Shown: positions 23,631 through 38,680, counted from the first letter of the stretch. The stretch is DNA of 64,000 bases from Escherichia coli (GCF_050920415.1 NZ_CP169309.1); one strand, 5' to 3'. Numbers and translations: made by a program. Notes: a model not told the origin generated them from the sequence alone.

Positions 23631-23981
23631 ATGCACTCCTGCTAACTTCTTATCGTTTTAACAACTGCTGTGTATTAACCGCATGACCGCTACAAAGAAT
23701 CAGCCAAATGAAACCGCCCATTGTGACCCATAGCAAGGCGCATAGTTCGCCAGCCTGACCATAAGAATTGTTTCGACGGATTTCACAAACCAAAGATTAT
23801 TTACATTAGCGGATTAACACGCGCAGGATCACAAATGCAGGCATTGGTGAGCAGGAAAAAGATCGTGTTTACGCGCCGTTAGGTTTTTAACACTATTATT
23901 GCACTAATTCGCCCTTTGCAATCCATCAATGAGTAGTATAAATACGCTCAGTTACCTTCATTCAATCTATGGACACCACCG

Positions 23982-25139
23982 TTGAAACGTAGTCTGCTTT
24001 TTTCTGCCGTGCTTTGTGCGGCGTTATTGACCCCCGTCCATGCGGCGCAGCCGATCACTGAACCGGAGTTCGCCTCTGATATTGTCGATCGTTATGCCGA
24101 TCATATTTTTTATGGCAGTGGTGCCACGGGGATGGCGCTGGTTGTTATCGACGGTAACCAGCGCGTCTTTCGCAGTTATGGCGAAACGCGCCCGGGTAAT
24201 AACGTTCGCCCGCAGCTGGATTCGGTCGTGCGTATTGCTTCGCTCACCAAGCTAATGACCAGTGAGTTGCTGGTGAAATTGCTCGACCAGGGGACCGTGA
24301 AGTTAAACGATCCGCTAAGTAAATATGCTCCACCAGGCGCACGTGTGCCGACTTACAATGGCACGCCTATTACCCTGGTGAATCTGGCAACCCATACCAG
24401 TGCCTTGCCACGTGAACAGCCGGGAGGCGCGGCACATCGTCCAGTGTTTGTCTGGCCAACGCGCGAGCAACGCTGGAAATACCTTTCTACGGCGAAGCTG
24501 AAAGCCGCGCCAGGCAGTCAGGCGGCATACTCTAACCTTGCGTTCGACCTGCTGGCAGATGCACTGGCGAATGCTTCTGGCAAGCCTTATACCCAGTTGT
24601 TTGAAGAGCAGATTACCCGTCCGTTGGGGATGAAAGACACGACCTATACTCCATCGCCGGATCAGTGCCGACGTTTAATGGTTGCTGAGCGCGGTGCCAG
24701 TCCATGCAATAACACGCTGGCGGCAATTGGCAGCGGCGGCGTCTATTCCACGCCTGGCGATATGATGCGCTGGATGCAGCAGTATTTGTCATCTGATTTT
24801 TATCAGCGCAGTAACCAGGCAGATCGCATGCAGACGTTGATTTATCAGCGAGCGCAGTTTACAAAAGTGATTGGCATGGATGTCCCCGGCAAAGCGGATG
24901 CGCTTGGTTTAGGCTGGGTATATATGGCCCCGAAAGAGGGTCGTCCAGGGATTATTCAGAAGACAGGTGGTGGTGGCGGTTTCATTACCTATATGGCGAT
25001 GATCCCGCAGAAGAATATTGGCGCATTTGTGGTGGTCACTCGTTCGCCATTGACGCGCTTTAAAAATATGAGCGATGGCATCAATGACCTGGTGACCGAA
25101 CTGAGCGGGAATAAACCGTTGGTCATCCCCGCGTCCTGA
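23982..25139 (+). CDS. ampH: Penicillin-binding protein AmpH (385 aa)
   Basis: Signal peptide and SxxK motif (SLTK); matches AmpH. Confidence 0.93.
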   Translation: MKRSLLFSAVLCAALLTPVHAAQPITEPEFASDIVDRYADHIFYGSGATGMALVVIDGNQRVFRSYGETRPGNNVRPQLDSVVRIASLTKLMTSELLVKLLDQGTVKLNDPLSKYAPPGARVPTYNGTPITLVNLATHTSALPREQPGGAAHRPVFVWPTREQRWKYLSTAKLKAAPGSQAAYSNLAFDLLADALANASGKPYTQLFEEQITRPLGMKDTTYTPSPDQCRRLMVAERGASPCNNTLAAIGSGGVYSTPGDMMRWMQQYLSSDFYQRSNQADRMQTLIYQRAQFTKVIGMDVPGKADALGLGWVYMAPKEGRPGIIQKTGGGGGFITYMAMIPQKNIGAFVVVTRSPLTRFKNMSDGINDLVTELSGNKPLVIPAS

Positions 25140-25826
<687 letters not shown>

Positions 25827-25827
25827 T

Positions 25828-28836
<3,009 letters not shown>

Positions 28837-29361
28837 TTGTCATCCCTCCTCAGGGACGTAATAAGTTGATCCATCAATTATCAATGCATAGAAAACATAT
28901 TATGTTTCGCGTTTACGATTATGCGGCGTTATAGAGGAATGGTTCAATTATTCTTTCCCCTAAGTCCGATTGCGGACATATATAAAGCACGTGAACACAC
29001 ATAAAGAAATAAATAACAAAAATACATTATTTCAATAGGTTAATGAAAGCGCCAATTTTAAAACATAGACCATAAAAATATAAAACAACCAAACCAGACA
29101 AATAATGTATCAATAAGCAATGAACTTTACGCTATTCACTTTTTGAAAACGTCACCAAATCCCCAAAAACAATAATCTATAGCTATAAATAAAAATTAAA
29201 AATATTTTCAATGAATATAAATTTATTGCTATTTCTATTACAAAGATGTCCTGACCTCTCATTCATTCTCTTCTTGTCAACATCGCGACAACTTTCGTAA
29301 AACATCCCCACCCTGCTTCAGGTATACTATGCCCCTCGATTCCACAAACATCAGGCAGACC

Positions 29362-30336
29362 ATGACAGATTTAATCCAACGCCCTCGTCGCCTGCGCAAA
29401 TCTCCTGCGCTGCGCGCTATGTTTGAAGAGACAACACTTAGCCTTAACGACCTGGTGTTGCCGATCTTTGTTGAAGAAGAAATTGACGACTACAAAGCCG
29501 TTGAAGCCATGCCAGGCGTGATGCGCATTCCAGAGAAACATCTGGCACGCGAAATTGAACGCATCGCCAACGCCGGTATTCGTTCAGTGATGACTTTCGG
29601 CATCTCTCACCATACCGATGAAACCGGCAGCGATGCCTGGCGGGAAGATGGACTGGTGGCGCGTATGTCGCGCATCTGCAAGCAGACCGTGCCAGAAATG
29701 ATCGTTATGTCAGACACCTGCTTCTGTGAATACACATCTCACGGTCACTGCGGTGTGCTGTGCGAGCATGGCGTCGACAACGACGCGACCCTGGAAAATT
29801 TAGGCAAGCAGGCCGTGGTTGCAGCTGCTGCAGGTGCAGACTTCATCGCCCCTTCCGCCGCAATGGATGGCCAGGTACAAGCGATTCGCCAGGCGCTGGA
29901 CGCTGCGGGCTTTAAAGATACGGCGATCATGTCGTATTCGACCAAGTTCGCCTCTTCCTTTTATGGTCCGTTCCGTGAAGCGGCGGGAAGTGCATTAAAA
30001 GGCGATCGCAAAAGTTATCAGATGAACCCAATGAACCGTCGCGAGGCGATTCGTGAGTCACTGCTGGATGAAGCCCAGGGCGCAGACTGCCTGATGGTTA
30101 AACCAGCCGGAGCGTACCTCGACATCGTGCGTGAGCTGCGTGAGCGTACTGAATTGCCGATTGGTGCGTATCAGGTGAGCGGTGAGTACGCGATGATTAA
30201 GTTCGCCGCGCTGGCGGGTGCTATAGATGAAGAGAAAGTCGTGCTCGAAAGCTTAGGTTCAATTAAGCGTGCGGGTGCGGATCTGATTTTCAGCTACTTT
30301 GCGCTGGATTTGGCTGAGAAGAAGATTCTGCGTTAA
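29362..30336 (+). CDS. hemB: Porphobilinogen synthase HemB (324 aa)
   Basis: Translation [27 protein letters not shown]... matches HemB; ORF-track start 29329 is an upstream extension. Confidence 0.95.
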
Positions 30337-30344
30337 TGATCATT

Positions 30345-30368
30345 ATGCCGGGTTATCCAACCCGGCAT
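30345..30368. terminator. Bidirectional terminator hairpin between convergent hemB and tauD
   Basis: ATGCCGGG-TTATCCAA-CCCGGCAT perfect 8-bp stem with T-rich flanks between the two stop codons. Confidence 0.6.
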
Positions 30369-30375
30369 TTCCCCC

Positions 30376-31227
30376 TCACCCCGCCCGATAAAACGGAATA
30401 TCCCCAAGAATCGTCGCCCGATGCATAATCCGCCGCTGTGGCAGGTAATCCGCATTGGCATAGTGCTGAGTCACGCGGTTATCCCAAATCGCGATATCAT
30501 TTGGCTGCCAGCGCCAACGTACCTGAAACTCCGGTTTGGTGATATGGGCAAACAAAAAACCTAACAAGGCTTCGCTCTCTTTCTCGCTGACATCAACAAT
30601 TCGCGTAGTAAAGCCTTCATTCACAAACAGCGCCTGTTTACCGCTCACCGGATGCGTTCGCACCACCGGATGGAGCAACGGCGGATTTTTCGCGACCGCC
30701 TCGCGCCAGCGTTGATGCTCCTCCTCCGTTTTGCGGTATTTGTATTCCGGGAACGATTTACGGAAATCATGCTCCGCACGCAGCCCGCTCAACAGCTGGC
30801 GGAAGGGAACAGAGAGCGCCTCATAGGCCGCAATGCCGCTGGTCCAGAGCGTATCGCCGCCAGTCGAGGGTAACTCTTTCGCCGCCAGAATCGCCCCTGC
30901 GGGTGGCGTTTCAATAAATGTCACATCGGTGTGCCAGTTATCGTTATCCGGCGGATTATCGTTATGAGTATCCAGTACGATGATCTCCTCAACCCCTTCG
31001 GCATGAGGGTAAACAGGATGAATATGCAGTTCGCCAAAACGCTGGGCCAGCGCGCGTTGCTGCTGCGGTGTAATGGCTTGTTCACGCACAAATACCACCT
31101 GATGGCGCAGTACCGCATGGTAAAGCTGTTCAAACTGGTTATCACTTAACGGGCGCGTCAGGTCGACACCCGAAATTTGTGCACCGATATACGGCCCCAG
31201 CGGGGTAATGCTCAGACGTTCACTCAT
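30376..31227 (-). CDS. tauD: Taurine dioxygenase TauD (283 aa)
   Basis: Translation matches TauD (Fe/2-oxoglutarate dioxygenase, HxD...H); start overlaps the tauC stop. Confidence 0.95.
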   Translation of the reverse strand: MSERLSITPLGPYIGAQISGVDLTRPLSDNQFEQLYHAVLRHQVVFVREQAITPQQQRALAQRFGELHIHPVYPHAEGVEEIIVLDTHNDNPPDNDNWHTDVTFIETPPAGAILAAKELPSTGGDTLWTSGIAAYEALSVPFRQLLSGLRAEHDFRKSFPEYKYRKTEEEHQRWREAVAKNPPLLHPVVRTHPVSGKQALFVNEGFTTRIVDVSEKESEALLGFLFAHITKPEFQVRWRWQPNDIAIWDNRVTQHYANADYLPQRRIMHRATILGDIPFYRAG

Positions 31228-32051
31228 TGTACTTCTCCATGCCAGGGCGTCAGGCGGCGCTGTAACGCGCGCAGACCCAGCTCTAAAAGAAAGGCGATAA
31301 TCGCAATCACCGCGATCCCCGCCAGCACCACGTCAGTCGCGAGAAACTCACCCGCTGACTGAACCATAAATCCTAAACCGCGCGTTGCAGCAATCAGCTC
31401 CGCCGCTACCAGCGTAGACCAGCCCACACCCAGACCAATGCGTAATCCGGTGAGGATTTCCGGCAGCGCGCCGGGTAAAATAACAAACCACAGCACCTGC
31501 GCACGGCTGGCACCCAGCGACTGGGCGGCACGAATGCGAACCTGCTGCGCGCTTTTCACCCCCGCCAGCGCCGACATCGCCACCGGTGCAAAAATCGCCA
31601 AATAGATCAGTAAGATCTTCGAGGTTTCACCAATACCAAACCAGATCACCATCAGCGGCAAATAAGCCAGCGGCGGCACCGGACGATAAAGCTCGATTAC
31701 CGGATCGAGAATGCCGCGCACCGTCGGACTTAGCCCCATGGCGATCCCGACCGGAATACCGATCAACACCGCCGCAATTAACGCCAGCACAATGCGCGTC
31801 AGGCTGGCGGCCAGATGCTGCCACAGGGTGGCGTCCATAAATCCCTGCGGCCCGGCAATGGTGAGCAGTTTTGCCATTACCTGTTGCGGCGGCGGCAGAA
31901 ACAGCGGGCTAATCAGTTGCAGCGCCGCCACCGCCCACCATACCGTGAGTAAAACCGCTAACGTGCCAATGCTTAAGGTCACCTGACGCGAGAGCGGCCA
32001 GCGCCATTTCAGCCGATGCGAATGCAGTTTTTCATTAATGAGCACACTCAT
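31224..32051 (-). CDS. tauC: Taurine ABC transporter permease TauC (275 aa)
   Basis: ABC permease; 4-nt overlaps with tauB and tauD. Confidence 0.93.
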   Translation of the reverse strand: MSVLINEKLHSHRLKWRWPLSRQVTLSIGTLAVLLTVWWAVAALQLISPLFLPPPQQVMAKLLTIAGPQGFMDATLWQHLAASLTRIVLALIAAVLIGIPVGIAMGLSPTVRGILDPVIELYRPVPPLAYLPLMVIWFGIGETSKILLIYLAIFAPVAMSALAGVKSAQQVRIRAAQSLGASRAQVLWFVILPGALPEILTGLRIGLGVGWSTLVAAELIAATRGLGFMVQSAGEFLATDVVLAGIAVIAIIAFLLELGLRALQRRLTPWHGEVQ

Positions 32052-32815
32052 GAGAACGCCTCCCGTTGCTCAAATACGCGGCTTAAAACATATTCGCGCA
32101 TGGCGATGAATTGTGGATCGGACTTGATGCTGCGGCTCGGTTCCCCGGCAACAAAGCGGCGGGCGAAGTTGAGCGGCAGGCGTTCCAGCACGCGGCCTGG
32201 GCCGGGTGAAAGCAGAACCAGTTCAGTCGCCATAAACACCGCTTCTTCTATATCGTGGGTAATCAACAGCACCTGCTTGCCCGTCTCCTGCCAGAGTTTC
32301 AGCAGCAGGGTTTGCATCTGGTCGCGGGTGAAGGCGTCCAGCGCGCCAAACGGTTCGTCGAGTAATAACAGCTGGGGATTTGCCGCCAGCGCGCGGGCAA
32401 TCCCCACCCGCTGACGTTGACCACCGGAAAGCTGCCAGATGTAGCGTTTTTCTGCGCCTTCCAGCCCCACTTTTTTCACCATCTGGTGTGCGATTTCCAG
32501 TCGCTGCATTTTCTCTACACCTGCCAGTTGCAGGCCGAACGCCACGTTGTCCTGTACATTGCGCCACGGTAACAGCCCTTCATTCTGAAAAACTACGCCA
32601 CGCTCTGCTCCCGGTCCCTGAATACCCTTACCCGCCAGTTGAATGCTGCCATGCTGATAAGGCACAAAACCAGCAATCAAATTCAGCAACGTAGTTTTGC
32701 CGCAGCCAGACGGCCCCAGCACCACCAGAAGCTCGCCGCTTTCCAGCGTCAGGTTGATATCTTCCAGCGCCGGTTTGCCGCCATAATCGGCATAGAGATG
32801 AGAGACTTGCAGCAT
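32048..32815 (-). CDS. tauB: Taurine ABC transporter ATPase TauB (255 aa)
   Basis: Walker [18 protein letters not shown] signature, Walker B LLLLDEP. Confidence 0.95.
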   Translation of the reverse strand: MLQVSHLYADYGGKPALEDINLTLESGELLVVLGPSGCGKTTLLNLIAGFVPYQHGSIQLAGKGIQGPGAERGVVFQNEGLLPWRNVQDNVAFGLQLAGVEKMQRLEIAHQMVKKVGLEGAEKRYIWQLSGGQRQRVGIARALAANPQLLLLDEPFGALDAFTRDQMQTLLLKLWQETGKQVLLITHDIEEAVFMATELVLLSPGPGRVLERLPLNFARRFVAGEPSRSIKSDPQFIAMREYVLSRVFEQREAFS

Positions 32816-32827
32816 TTTCGTCTCCTT

Positions 32828-33790
32828 TTATTGCACAAAGCGTGAGGTAACGTACTGGCTGTAATCCTTCGCCACAGCGGGAACTTTGCCCTGATCTTTC
32901 AAAAACTGGGCGGTATCGATGATCGCTTTGTTCACCGGTCCAGTCAGTTCTGCCGTTTGTTGCTGCGGCGTCAGATAGGTGTTTCCTTTAACCAGCCCCG
33001 GAACGTCACCTTCCGGCACACCGCTTAAACGCGCCAGTTTGCTGATGTTTTCCGGCTGTTTCAGCCACGCGTCTGGGTTAGCAATGTACGGTTGCTGAGC
33101 ATCGATGGCGCTTTTAGCGAACGCTTTCACTACCTCAGGATGTTTCTCGGCAAAATCTTTGCGCACTACCCAAACATCCAGCGTTGGCGCGCCCCACTGC
33201 CCGACCTGTTCAGAATCGGTCAGCACCTTGCCGTCTTTTTCCAGTGCGTTAACCGCCGGTGCCCAGACATAAGCACCATCAATGTCTCCCCGCTGCCAGG
33301 CGGCGATAATCGCAGGCGGCTGCAGGTTCACAATCTCCACTTGCCCGGGTTTAATGCCCCAGTGTTTCAGCGCCGCCAGCAAGCTGTAATGCGTGGTGGA
33401 GATAAACGGTACGGCAATGCGTTTGCCAATCAGATCTTCCGGTTTGCTGATGGTTTTCTTCACCACCAGCGCTTCGGAGTTACCCAGTTTTGACGCCAGC
33501 AAGAAGACTTCAATCGGCACCTGTTGGCTGGCTGCAACCGCTAATGGGCTGGAACCGAGGTTGCCGATTTGCACATCGCCTGAAGCCAGCGCCCGCACGA
33601 TGCTGGCTCCGCTGTCAAACTTGCGCCAGTCCACCGTCGCCCCGCTCTCTTTAGCAAAGGTGTTATCAGCCTGAGCTACTTTCGCCGGTTCAGCGGAGGT
33701 TTGATAGGCCACGGTGACGTTCACCGCCTGTGCCTGAAAAGCGATGAATGCCAGTGCGGCAAGAAGTGTGTTACGCGATGAAATTGCCAT
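32828..33790 (-). CDS. tauA: Taurine-binding periplasmic protein TauA (320 aa)
   Basis: Signal peptide; matches TauA; first gene of tauABCD. Confidence 0.93.
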   Translation of the reverse strand: MAISSRNTLLAALAFIAFQAQAVNVTVAYQTSAEPAKVAQADNTFAKESGATVDWRKFDSGASIVRALASGDVQIGNLGSSPLAVAASQQVPIEVFLLASKLGNSEALVVKKTISKPEDLIGKRIAVPFISTTHYSLLAALKHWGIKPGQVEIVNLQPPAIIAAWQRGDIDGAYVWAPAVNALEKDGKVLTDSEQVGQWGAPTLDVWVVRKDFAEKHPEVVKAFAKSAIDAQQPYIANPDAWLKQPENISKLARLSGVPEGDVPGLVKGNTYLTPQQQTAELTGPVNKAIIDTAQFLKDQGKVPAVAKDYSQYVTSRFVQ

Positions 33791-34092
33791 GATTGTCTGC
33801 TCCCCTGTCTTGTTATGGGAGCAGTATTTCGTTGCTGGTCAGTTTGATAAAGGAATTAAAACGTCTTGTTAAGAACAAAGCGTTTTTAGAAAAAAACTGG
33901 CAATGGTTAGCGAGTTTACGCATTTTGCAGCTTGGGCGAATGTAGCATGCCGATTCACAAACCAGATCAGATGTTCGCGCTCCGGCAAATTATTGCCATT
34001 TTGTTACATCCATTCCATATCTGTCGCTGGTTGATTGCCAGCGACGCGCCGTGATGCATGATAGGAGAATGAGATAATAAGAGAAGAAAAGT

Positions 34093-34722
34093 ATGATTAG
34101 GGTTGTGCTGGTGGATGACCATGTGGTGGTGCGCTCTGGCTTCGCACAGTTACTCTCTCTGGAAGACGATCTGGAGGTCATTGGTCAGTACAGTTGTGCC
34201 GCGCAGGCATGGTCGGCATTAACTCATAATGACGTTAATGTTGCCGTCATTGATATCGCCATGCCGGACGAAAATGGCCTCAGTCTGCTTAAGCGCCTGC
34301 GTGCACAAAAACCGCAATTTCGCGCCATTATTCTTAGCATTTATGACGCGCCCACCTTTGTGCAAAGCGCGCTGGATGCCGGTGCCAGCGGCTATTTGAC
34401 CAAACGCTGTGGGCCGGAAGAGTTAGTACAGGCGGTGCGCTCGGTCGGGCTGGGCGGGCATTATCTCTGTGCCGATGCAATTCGGGCTTTACGCGGCGGC
34501 GGGCAACCTGCCCAGGCGCTGGAAATTCTCACCCCACGAGAACGTGAAGTGTTTGATTTACTGGTCAAAGGAGACAGCGTTAAAGAGATCGCCTTTAAAC
34601 TCGAACTCAGTCATAAAACGGTACATGTGCATCGCGCCAATGTGCTGGGAAAACTGAACTGCCATAGCACCATTGAACTGGTACATTTTGCGCTCGACCA
34701 CCATCTGCTGGCGGGGCATTAA
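34093..34722 (+). CDS. NarL/UhpA-family response regulator (209 aa), UhpA paralog
   Basis: Receiver domain (VVLVDDH...D) plus LuxR-type HTH (SVKEIAFKLELSHKTVHVHRANVLGKL); resembles UhpA but is not identical to it. Confidence 0.85.
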   Translation: MIRVVLVDDHVVVRSGFAQLLSLEDDLEVIGQYSCAAQAWSALTHNDVNVAVIDIAMPDENGLSLLKRLRAQKPQFRAIILSIYDAPTFVQSALDAGASGYLTKRCGPEELVQAVRSVGLGGHYLCADAIRALRGGGQPAQALEILTPREREVFDLLVKGDSVKEIAFKLELSHKTVHVHRANVLGKLNCHSTIELVHFALDHHLLAGH

Positions 34723-36263
34723 TGTCGCGTAACCTTCGTCATTGGGTGATTTCGCTGTTTATTGTGCTGGCCTGGGGAAGCGGCTGGCTGATGTTGTGGA
34801 CGCTCAGCTTTTATCTGACCAATAACGGTCAACAGGCAGTGTTATTTCTGCCGCACGGAGTTTACCTCGCTCTTCTTATTTTGCTCTCTCGCCGTTACTG
34901 GCCTGCGTTGGTGCACCCCCCTTTGCTGATGATGTTCTGGCTGCACAGCGAGCAACTGTTGAACGGCTATCTCATGCTGGCAACGCCGGTTATTAGCCTG
35001 CTTCCTGCCATCCTTGCACAAAACGTCTGGCACCGTTTTCCACTTTACTGGCAGCGTCTGACGTTGCTGTTAGCCTCAGTAACAGCAGCTTCATTGCTGA
35101 ATACAGCCATGCTAACCCCTTTTATGTCAGGCCCAATAATGCTGCCCGGTCTGACCTCATTTACCGGCAGCGTATTGTTGACGCCGTTTGTCTATCTCAT
35201 CTTTGAGTTTCTGCGCCAGCAGCATCGCTATCAGCTTCTGAGACTCGATACGCATAATCCCCCCTTGCGAACCTCTTTAATCATCTGGTGTAGCCTATTT
35301 TTTATTATTGGTATCGGCACCCAGATGGTGTTGTCGCCTGAAATCGAACGCCTGCTGCTGATCGTGGTATTTCTACCCAATGTGGTCATGGCCTGGAAAT
35401 TTGGCTGGCAAGGTGGCGTACTCTCGGGGCTTTTGGGCAGCATGATGATCACTATTGCCCGCCAGATTGGCGTGGGCTTTAGTAACCTGGTGGAACTGGA
35501 GATTTTTCTCGCAACCCAGGCATTGCTGGGAATTGGCCTGGGCATTGCCATCAGTCGCCAGCAACATCTGGCGCTAAACCTGCATCATTACCGTCAGCGA
35601 CTGGAGGCAGAACTGGCAGCACGGCGGGCATTGGCTGAAAAGCTGATCCACACCGAGGAAGACACGCGTAAAAGCCTGGCTCGCGAGCTGCACGACGAAA
35701 TCGGTCAGAACATTACCGCCATTCAGATCCAGTCGCAACTGGTGACGCGGGCACGCGATCCGGCGCAAGTTCATTCCGCAGCTAGCCAAATCAACGAACT
35801 CGCCCGCCGCATTCATCTCTCCACCCGCCAGTTGCTGCGCCAGTTGCGGCCACCCGCGCTTGATGAACTGACATTCCGCGAAGCATTACTTCATCTGATT
35901 AATGAATTTGCCTTTAGTGAACGCGGCATTCATTGCCAGTTTACCTATCAACTAACCACCACGCCAGAAAACGAAACGGTTCGCTTTACACTGTATCGGT
36001 TATTGCAGGAGTTACTCAATAACGTCTGTAAACACGCCGAAGCCAGCGAAGTGACGATTATTCTGCGCCAGCAGGGAGAGATATTGCACCTGGAGGTCAG
36101 CGACAACGGTATAGGAATCGCCAGCGGGAAAATGACCGGATTTGGCATTCAGGGGATGCGTGAACGCATCAGTGCCCTGGGCGGCGACTTAACGCTCGAA
36201 AAACATAACGGTACGCGGGTAATTGTTAACCTGCCCACATTTTTGCAACAAATCGCCGGATAA
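34722..36263 (+). CDS. UhpB-like sensor histidine kinase (513 aa): MASE1-type membrane domain plus HisKA_3/HATPase
   Basis: H-box LARELHDEIGQ, G-box DNGIGI, multi-TM N-terminal domain; start overlaps the regulator stop (TAATG). Confidence 0.85.
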   Translation: MSRNLRHWVISLFIVLAWGSGWLMLWTLSFYLTNNGQQAVLFLPHGVYLALLILLSRRYWPALVHPPLLMMFWLHSEQLLNGYLMLATPVISLLPAILAQNVWHRFPLYWQRLTLLLASVTAASLLNTAMLTPFMSGPIMLPGLTSFTGSVLLTPFVYLIFEFLRQQHRYQLLRLDTHNPPLRTSLIIWCSLFFIIGIGTQMVLSPEIERLLLIVVFLPNVVMAWKFGWQGGVLSGLLGSMMITIARQIGVGFSNLVELEIFLATQALLGIGLGIAISRQQHLALNLHHYRQRLEAELAARRALAEKLIHTEEDTRKSLARELHDEIGQNITAIQIQSQLVTRARDPAQVHSAASQINELARRIHLSTRQLLRQLRPPALDELTFREALLHLINEFAFSERGIHCQFTYQLTTTPENETVRFTLYRLLQELLNNVCKHAEASEVTIILRQQGEILHLEVSDNGIGIASGKMTGFGIQGMRERISALGGDLTLEKHNGTRVIVNLPTFLQQIAG

Positions 36264-36347
36264 CCAGGAAAAAGTCTTAGGCATCCCGGATTTTCTCTCA
36301 TCCTCTTTCACTTTCATTTTCATATAGTCAGCAACATGGAGACGACC

Positions 36348-37652
36348 ATGCACGCGCGTTCAGCGAGAGAGATTAATCAATGCTACCGGACATTACGTCC
36401 GCGATTGCTGATGTGCATGATTATTGGCTACGCCGCATTTTATCTGACGCGAAAAAGCGTGAATTACGTCCTTCCGGCGCTGCAAACCGACCTCGGACTG
36501 GATAAAGGCGACATTGGCCTGCTGGGTTCGCTGTTTTATCTCAGCTACGGATTGTCGAAATTTACCGCCGGACTGTGGCATGACAGCCACGGACAACGCG
36601 GTTTTATGGGCGTCGGCTTGTTCGCCACTGGGCTATTGAACGTGGTGTTTGCCTTTGGCGAATCACTTACGCTTCTGCTTGTGGTCTGGACACTGAACGG
36701 ATTTTTTCAAGGCTGGGGGTGGCCACCGTGTGCCCGCTTACTGACCCATTGGTACTCCCGTAATGAACGTGGTTTCTGGTGGGGCTGCTGGAATATGTCG
36801 ATCAACATTGGCGGAGCGATTATTCCGCTGATTAGCGCCTTTGCCGCCCACTGGTGGGGCTGGCAGGCCGCGATGCTGACACCGGGGATTATCAGCATGG
36901 CATTAGGGATCTGGTTAACGCTACAGCTTAAAGGCACCCCCCAGGAAGAGGGATTACCGACGGTGGGTCAGTGGCGTCACGATCCGCTGGAATTACGTCA
37001 GGAACAACAAAGTCCGCCGATGGGGCTGTGGCAAATGTTGCGCACCACAATGCTGCAAAATCCGATGATCTGGCTGCTGGGTGTCTCTTATGTACTGGTT
37101 TATGTGATCCGGATTGCGTTAAACGACTGGGGCAATATCTGGCTGACGGAAAGCCACGGCGTCAACCTACTCAGCGCCAACGCCACGGTAATGCTGTTTG
37201 AAGTGGGCGGCTTACTCGGCGCGTTATTTGCCGGATGGGGTTCGGATTTGCTGTTTAGCGGGCAGCGAGCCCCCATGATTTTGCTGTTTACCCTGGGGTT
37301 GATGGTTTCGGTCGCTGCACTCTGGTTGGCACCGGTTCATCACTATGCCCTTCTGGCTGTGTGCTTTTTTACTGTGGGCTTTTTTGTCTTTGGCCCGCAA
37401 ATGCTGATTGGACTTGCGGCAGTGGAATGTGGACACAAAGCTGCGGCGGGTTCAATCACCGGATTTCTCGGTCTGTTCGCCTATCTCGGTGCGGCGCTGG
37501 CAGGCTGGCCATTGTCGCTGGTTATCGAACGCTACGGCTGGTCAGGAATGTTCAGTTTACTCTCGGTCGCCGCAGTACTTATGGGTTTACTGCTGATGCC
37601 GTTACTGATGGCGGGCATCACCACCACTCACGCTCGAAGGATAAAACAATGA
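36348..37652 (+). CDS. UhpC-like MFS sugar-phosphate sensor/transporter (about 434 aa)
   Basis: Strong similarity to UhpC/UhpT-family motifs (FFQGWGWPPCARLLTHWYSRNERG; FFVFGPQMLIGLAAVECGHKAAAG); start chosen at the second ATG, which has a GGAG RBS; the ORF track starts at 36336. Confidence 0.85.
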   Translation: MHARSAREINQCYRTLRPRLLMCMIIGYAAFYLTRKSVNYVLPALQTDLGLDKGDIGLLGSLFYLSYGLSKFTAGLWHDSHGQRGFMGVGLFATGLLNVVFAFGESLTLLLVVWTLNGFFQGWGWPPCARLLTHWYSRNERGFWWGCWNMSINIGGAIIPLISAFAAHWWGWQAAMLTPGIISMALGIWLTLQLKGTPQEEGLPTVGQWRHDPLELRQEQQSPPMGLWQMLRTTMLQNPMIWLLGVSYVLVYVIRIALNDWGNIWLTESHGVNLLSANATVMLFEVGGLLGALFAGWGSDLLFSGQRAPMILLFTLGLMVSVAALWLAPVHHYALLAVCFFTVGFFVFGPQMLIGLAAVECGHKAAAGSITGFLGLFAYLGAALAGWPLSLVIERYGWSGMFSLLSVAAVLMGLLLMPLLMAGITTTHARRIKQ

Positions 37653-38680
37653 AAATGCCCCTTACCTCTACTCTGATTGCTTCTGCCGTTGCGCTGGCAA
37701 CCTTAACGGGTGCCGCACAAGCGAAAGGTCGACTGGTGGTCTATTGCAGCGCCACCAATGAAATGTGTGAGACCGAAACCAAAGCGTTTGGCGAGAAATA
37801 TGATGTGAAAACCTCGTTTATCCGCAACGGCTCCGGTAGCACCCTGGCAAAAGTCGATGCTGAAAAGAAAAACCCACAGGCTGACGTCTGGTACGGCGGC
37901 ACCTTAGACCCGCAGTCGCAGGCCGGCGAGATGGGTCTGTTACAGGCATATAAATCGCCTAACCTTGAACAGATCATGGAAAAATTCCGCGATCCGGCAA
38001 AAGTGAAAGGAAACCTTTCCTCCGCCGTTTATGTGGGGATCCTCGGGTTTGGCGTCAACACAGAGCGTCTGAAAGAGAAAAACCTGCCTGTGCCGAAGTG
38101 CTGGAAAGATCTCACCAAACCTGAATATAAAGGCGAAATTCAGATTGCCGATCCACAAAGTTCCGGTACCGCCTACACCGCGCTGGCTACCTTTGCGCAG
38201 CTGTGGGGGGAAGATCAGGCCTTTGATTATCTAAAACAACTTAACACCAACGTCTCCCAGTACACCAAATCAGGCATTGCCCCGGCACGTAACGCCGCCC
38301 GCGGCGAAACGGCGATTGGTATTGGTTTCCTGCATGACTACTCGCTGGAAAAAGAACAGGGCGCACCACTGGAGTTGATTTCCCCGTGTGAAGGTACGGG
38401 CTACGAAATTGGCGGCGTCAGCATTCTGAAAGGCGCGCGCAACCTCGACAACGCCAAACTGTTTGTGGACTGGGTATTATCAAAAGAAGCTCAGGAACTG
38501 GCGTGGAAGAAAGGGAAGTCTTATCAGATCCTGACCAATACCACCGCCGAAACGTCGCCAAATTCGCTGAAGCTCGACGACCTGAAATTAATCAACTACG
38601 ACATGGATAAATACGGTTCCACGGATGTTCGTAAGGCATTGATTAATAAATGGGTCAGCGAAGTGAAGATGGGTAAATAA
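37649..38680 (+). CDS. Periplasmic substrate-binding protein of an Afu/Fbp-type ABC transporter (AfuA-like; about 343 aa)
   Basis: Signal peptide MKMPLTSTLIASAVALATLTGAAQA; Fbp/Afu-family SBP size and composition; ATG overlaps the uhpC-like stop (ATGA); the long upstream extension in the ORF track overlaps the previous gene and is rejected. Confidence 0.8.
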   Translation: MKMPLTSTLIASAVALATLTGAAQAKGRLVVYCSATNEMCETETKAFGEKYDVKTSFIRNGSGSTLAKVDAEKKNPQADVWYGGTLDPQSQAGEMGLLQAYKSPNLEQIMEKFRDPAKVKGNLSSAVYVGILGFGVNTERLKEKNLPVPKCWKDLTKPEYKGEIQIADPQSSGTAYTALATFAQLWGEDQAFDYLKQLNTNVSQYTKSGIAPARNAARGETAIGIGFLHDYSLEKEQGAPLELISPCEGTGYEIGGVSILKGARNLDNAKLFVDWVLSKEAQELAWKKGKSYQILTNTTAETSPNSLKLDDLKLINYDMDKYGSTDVRKALINKWVSEVKMGK

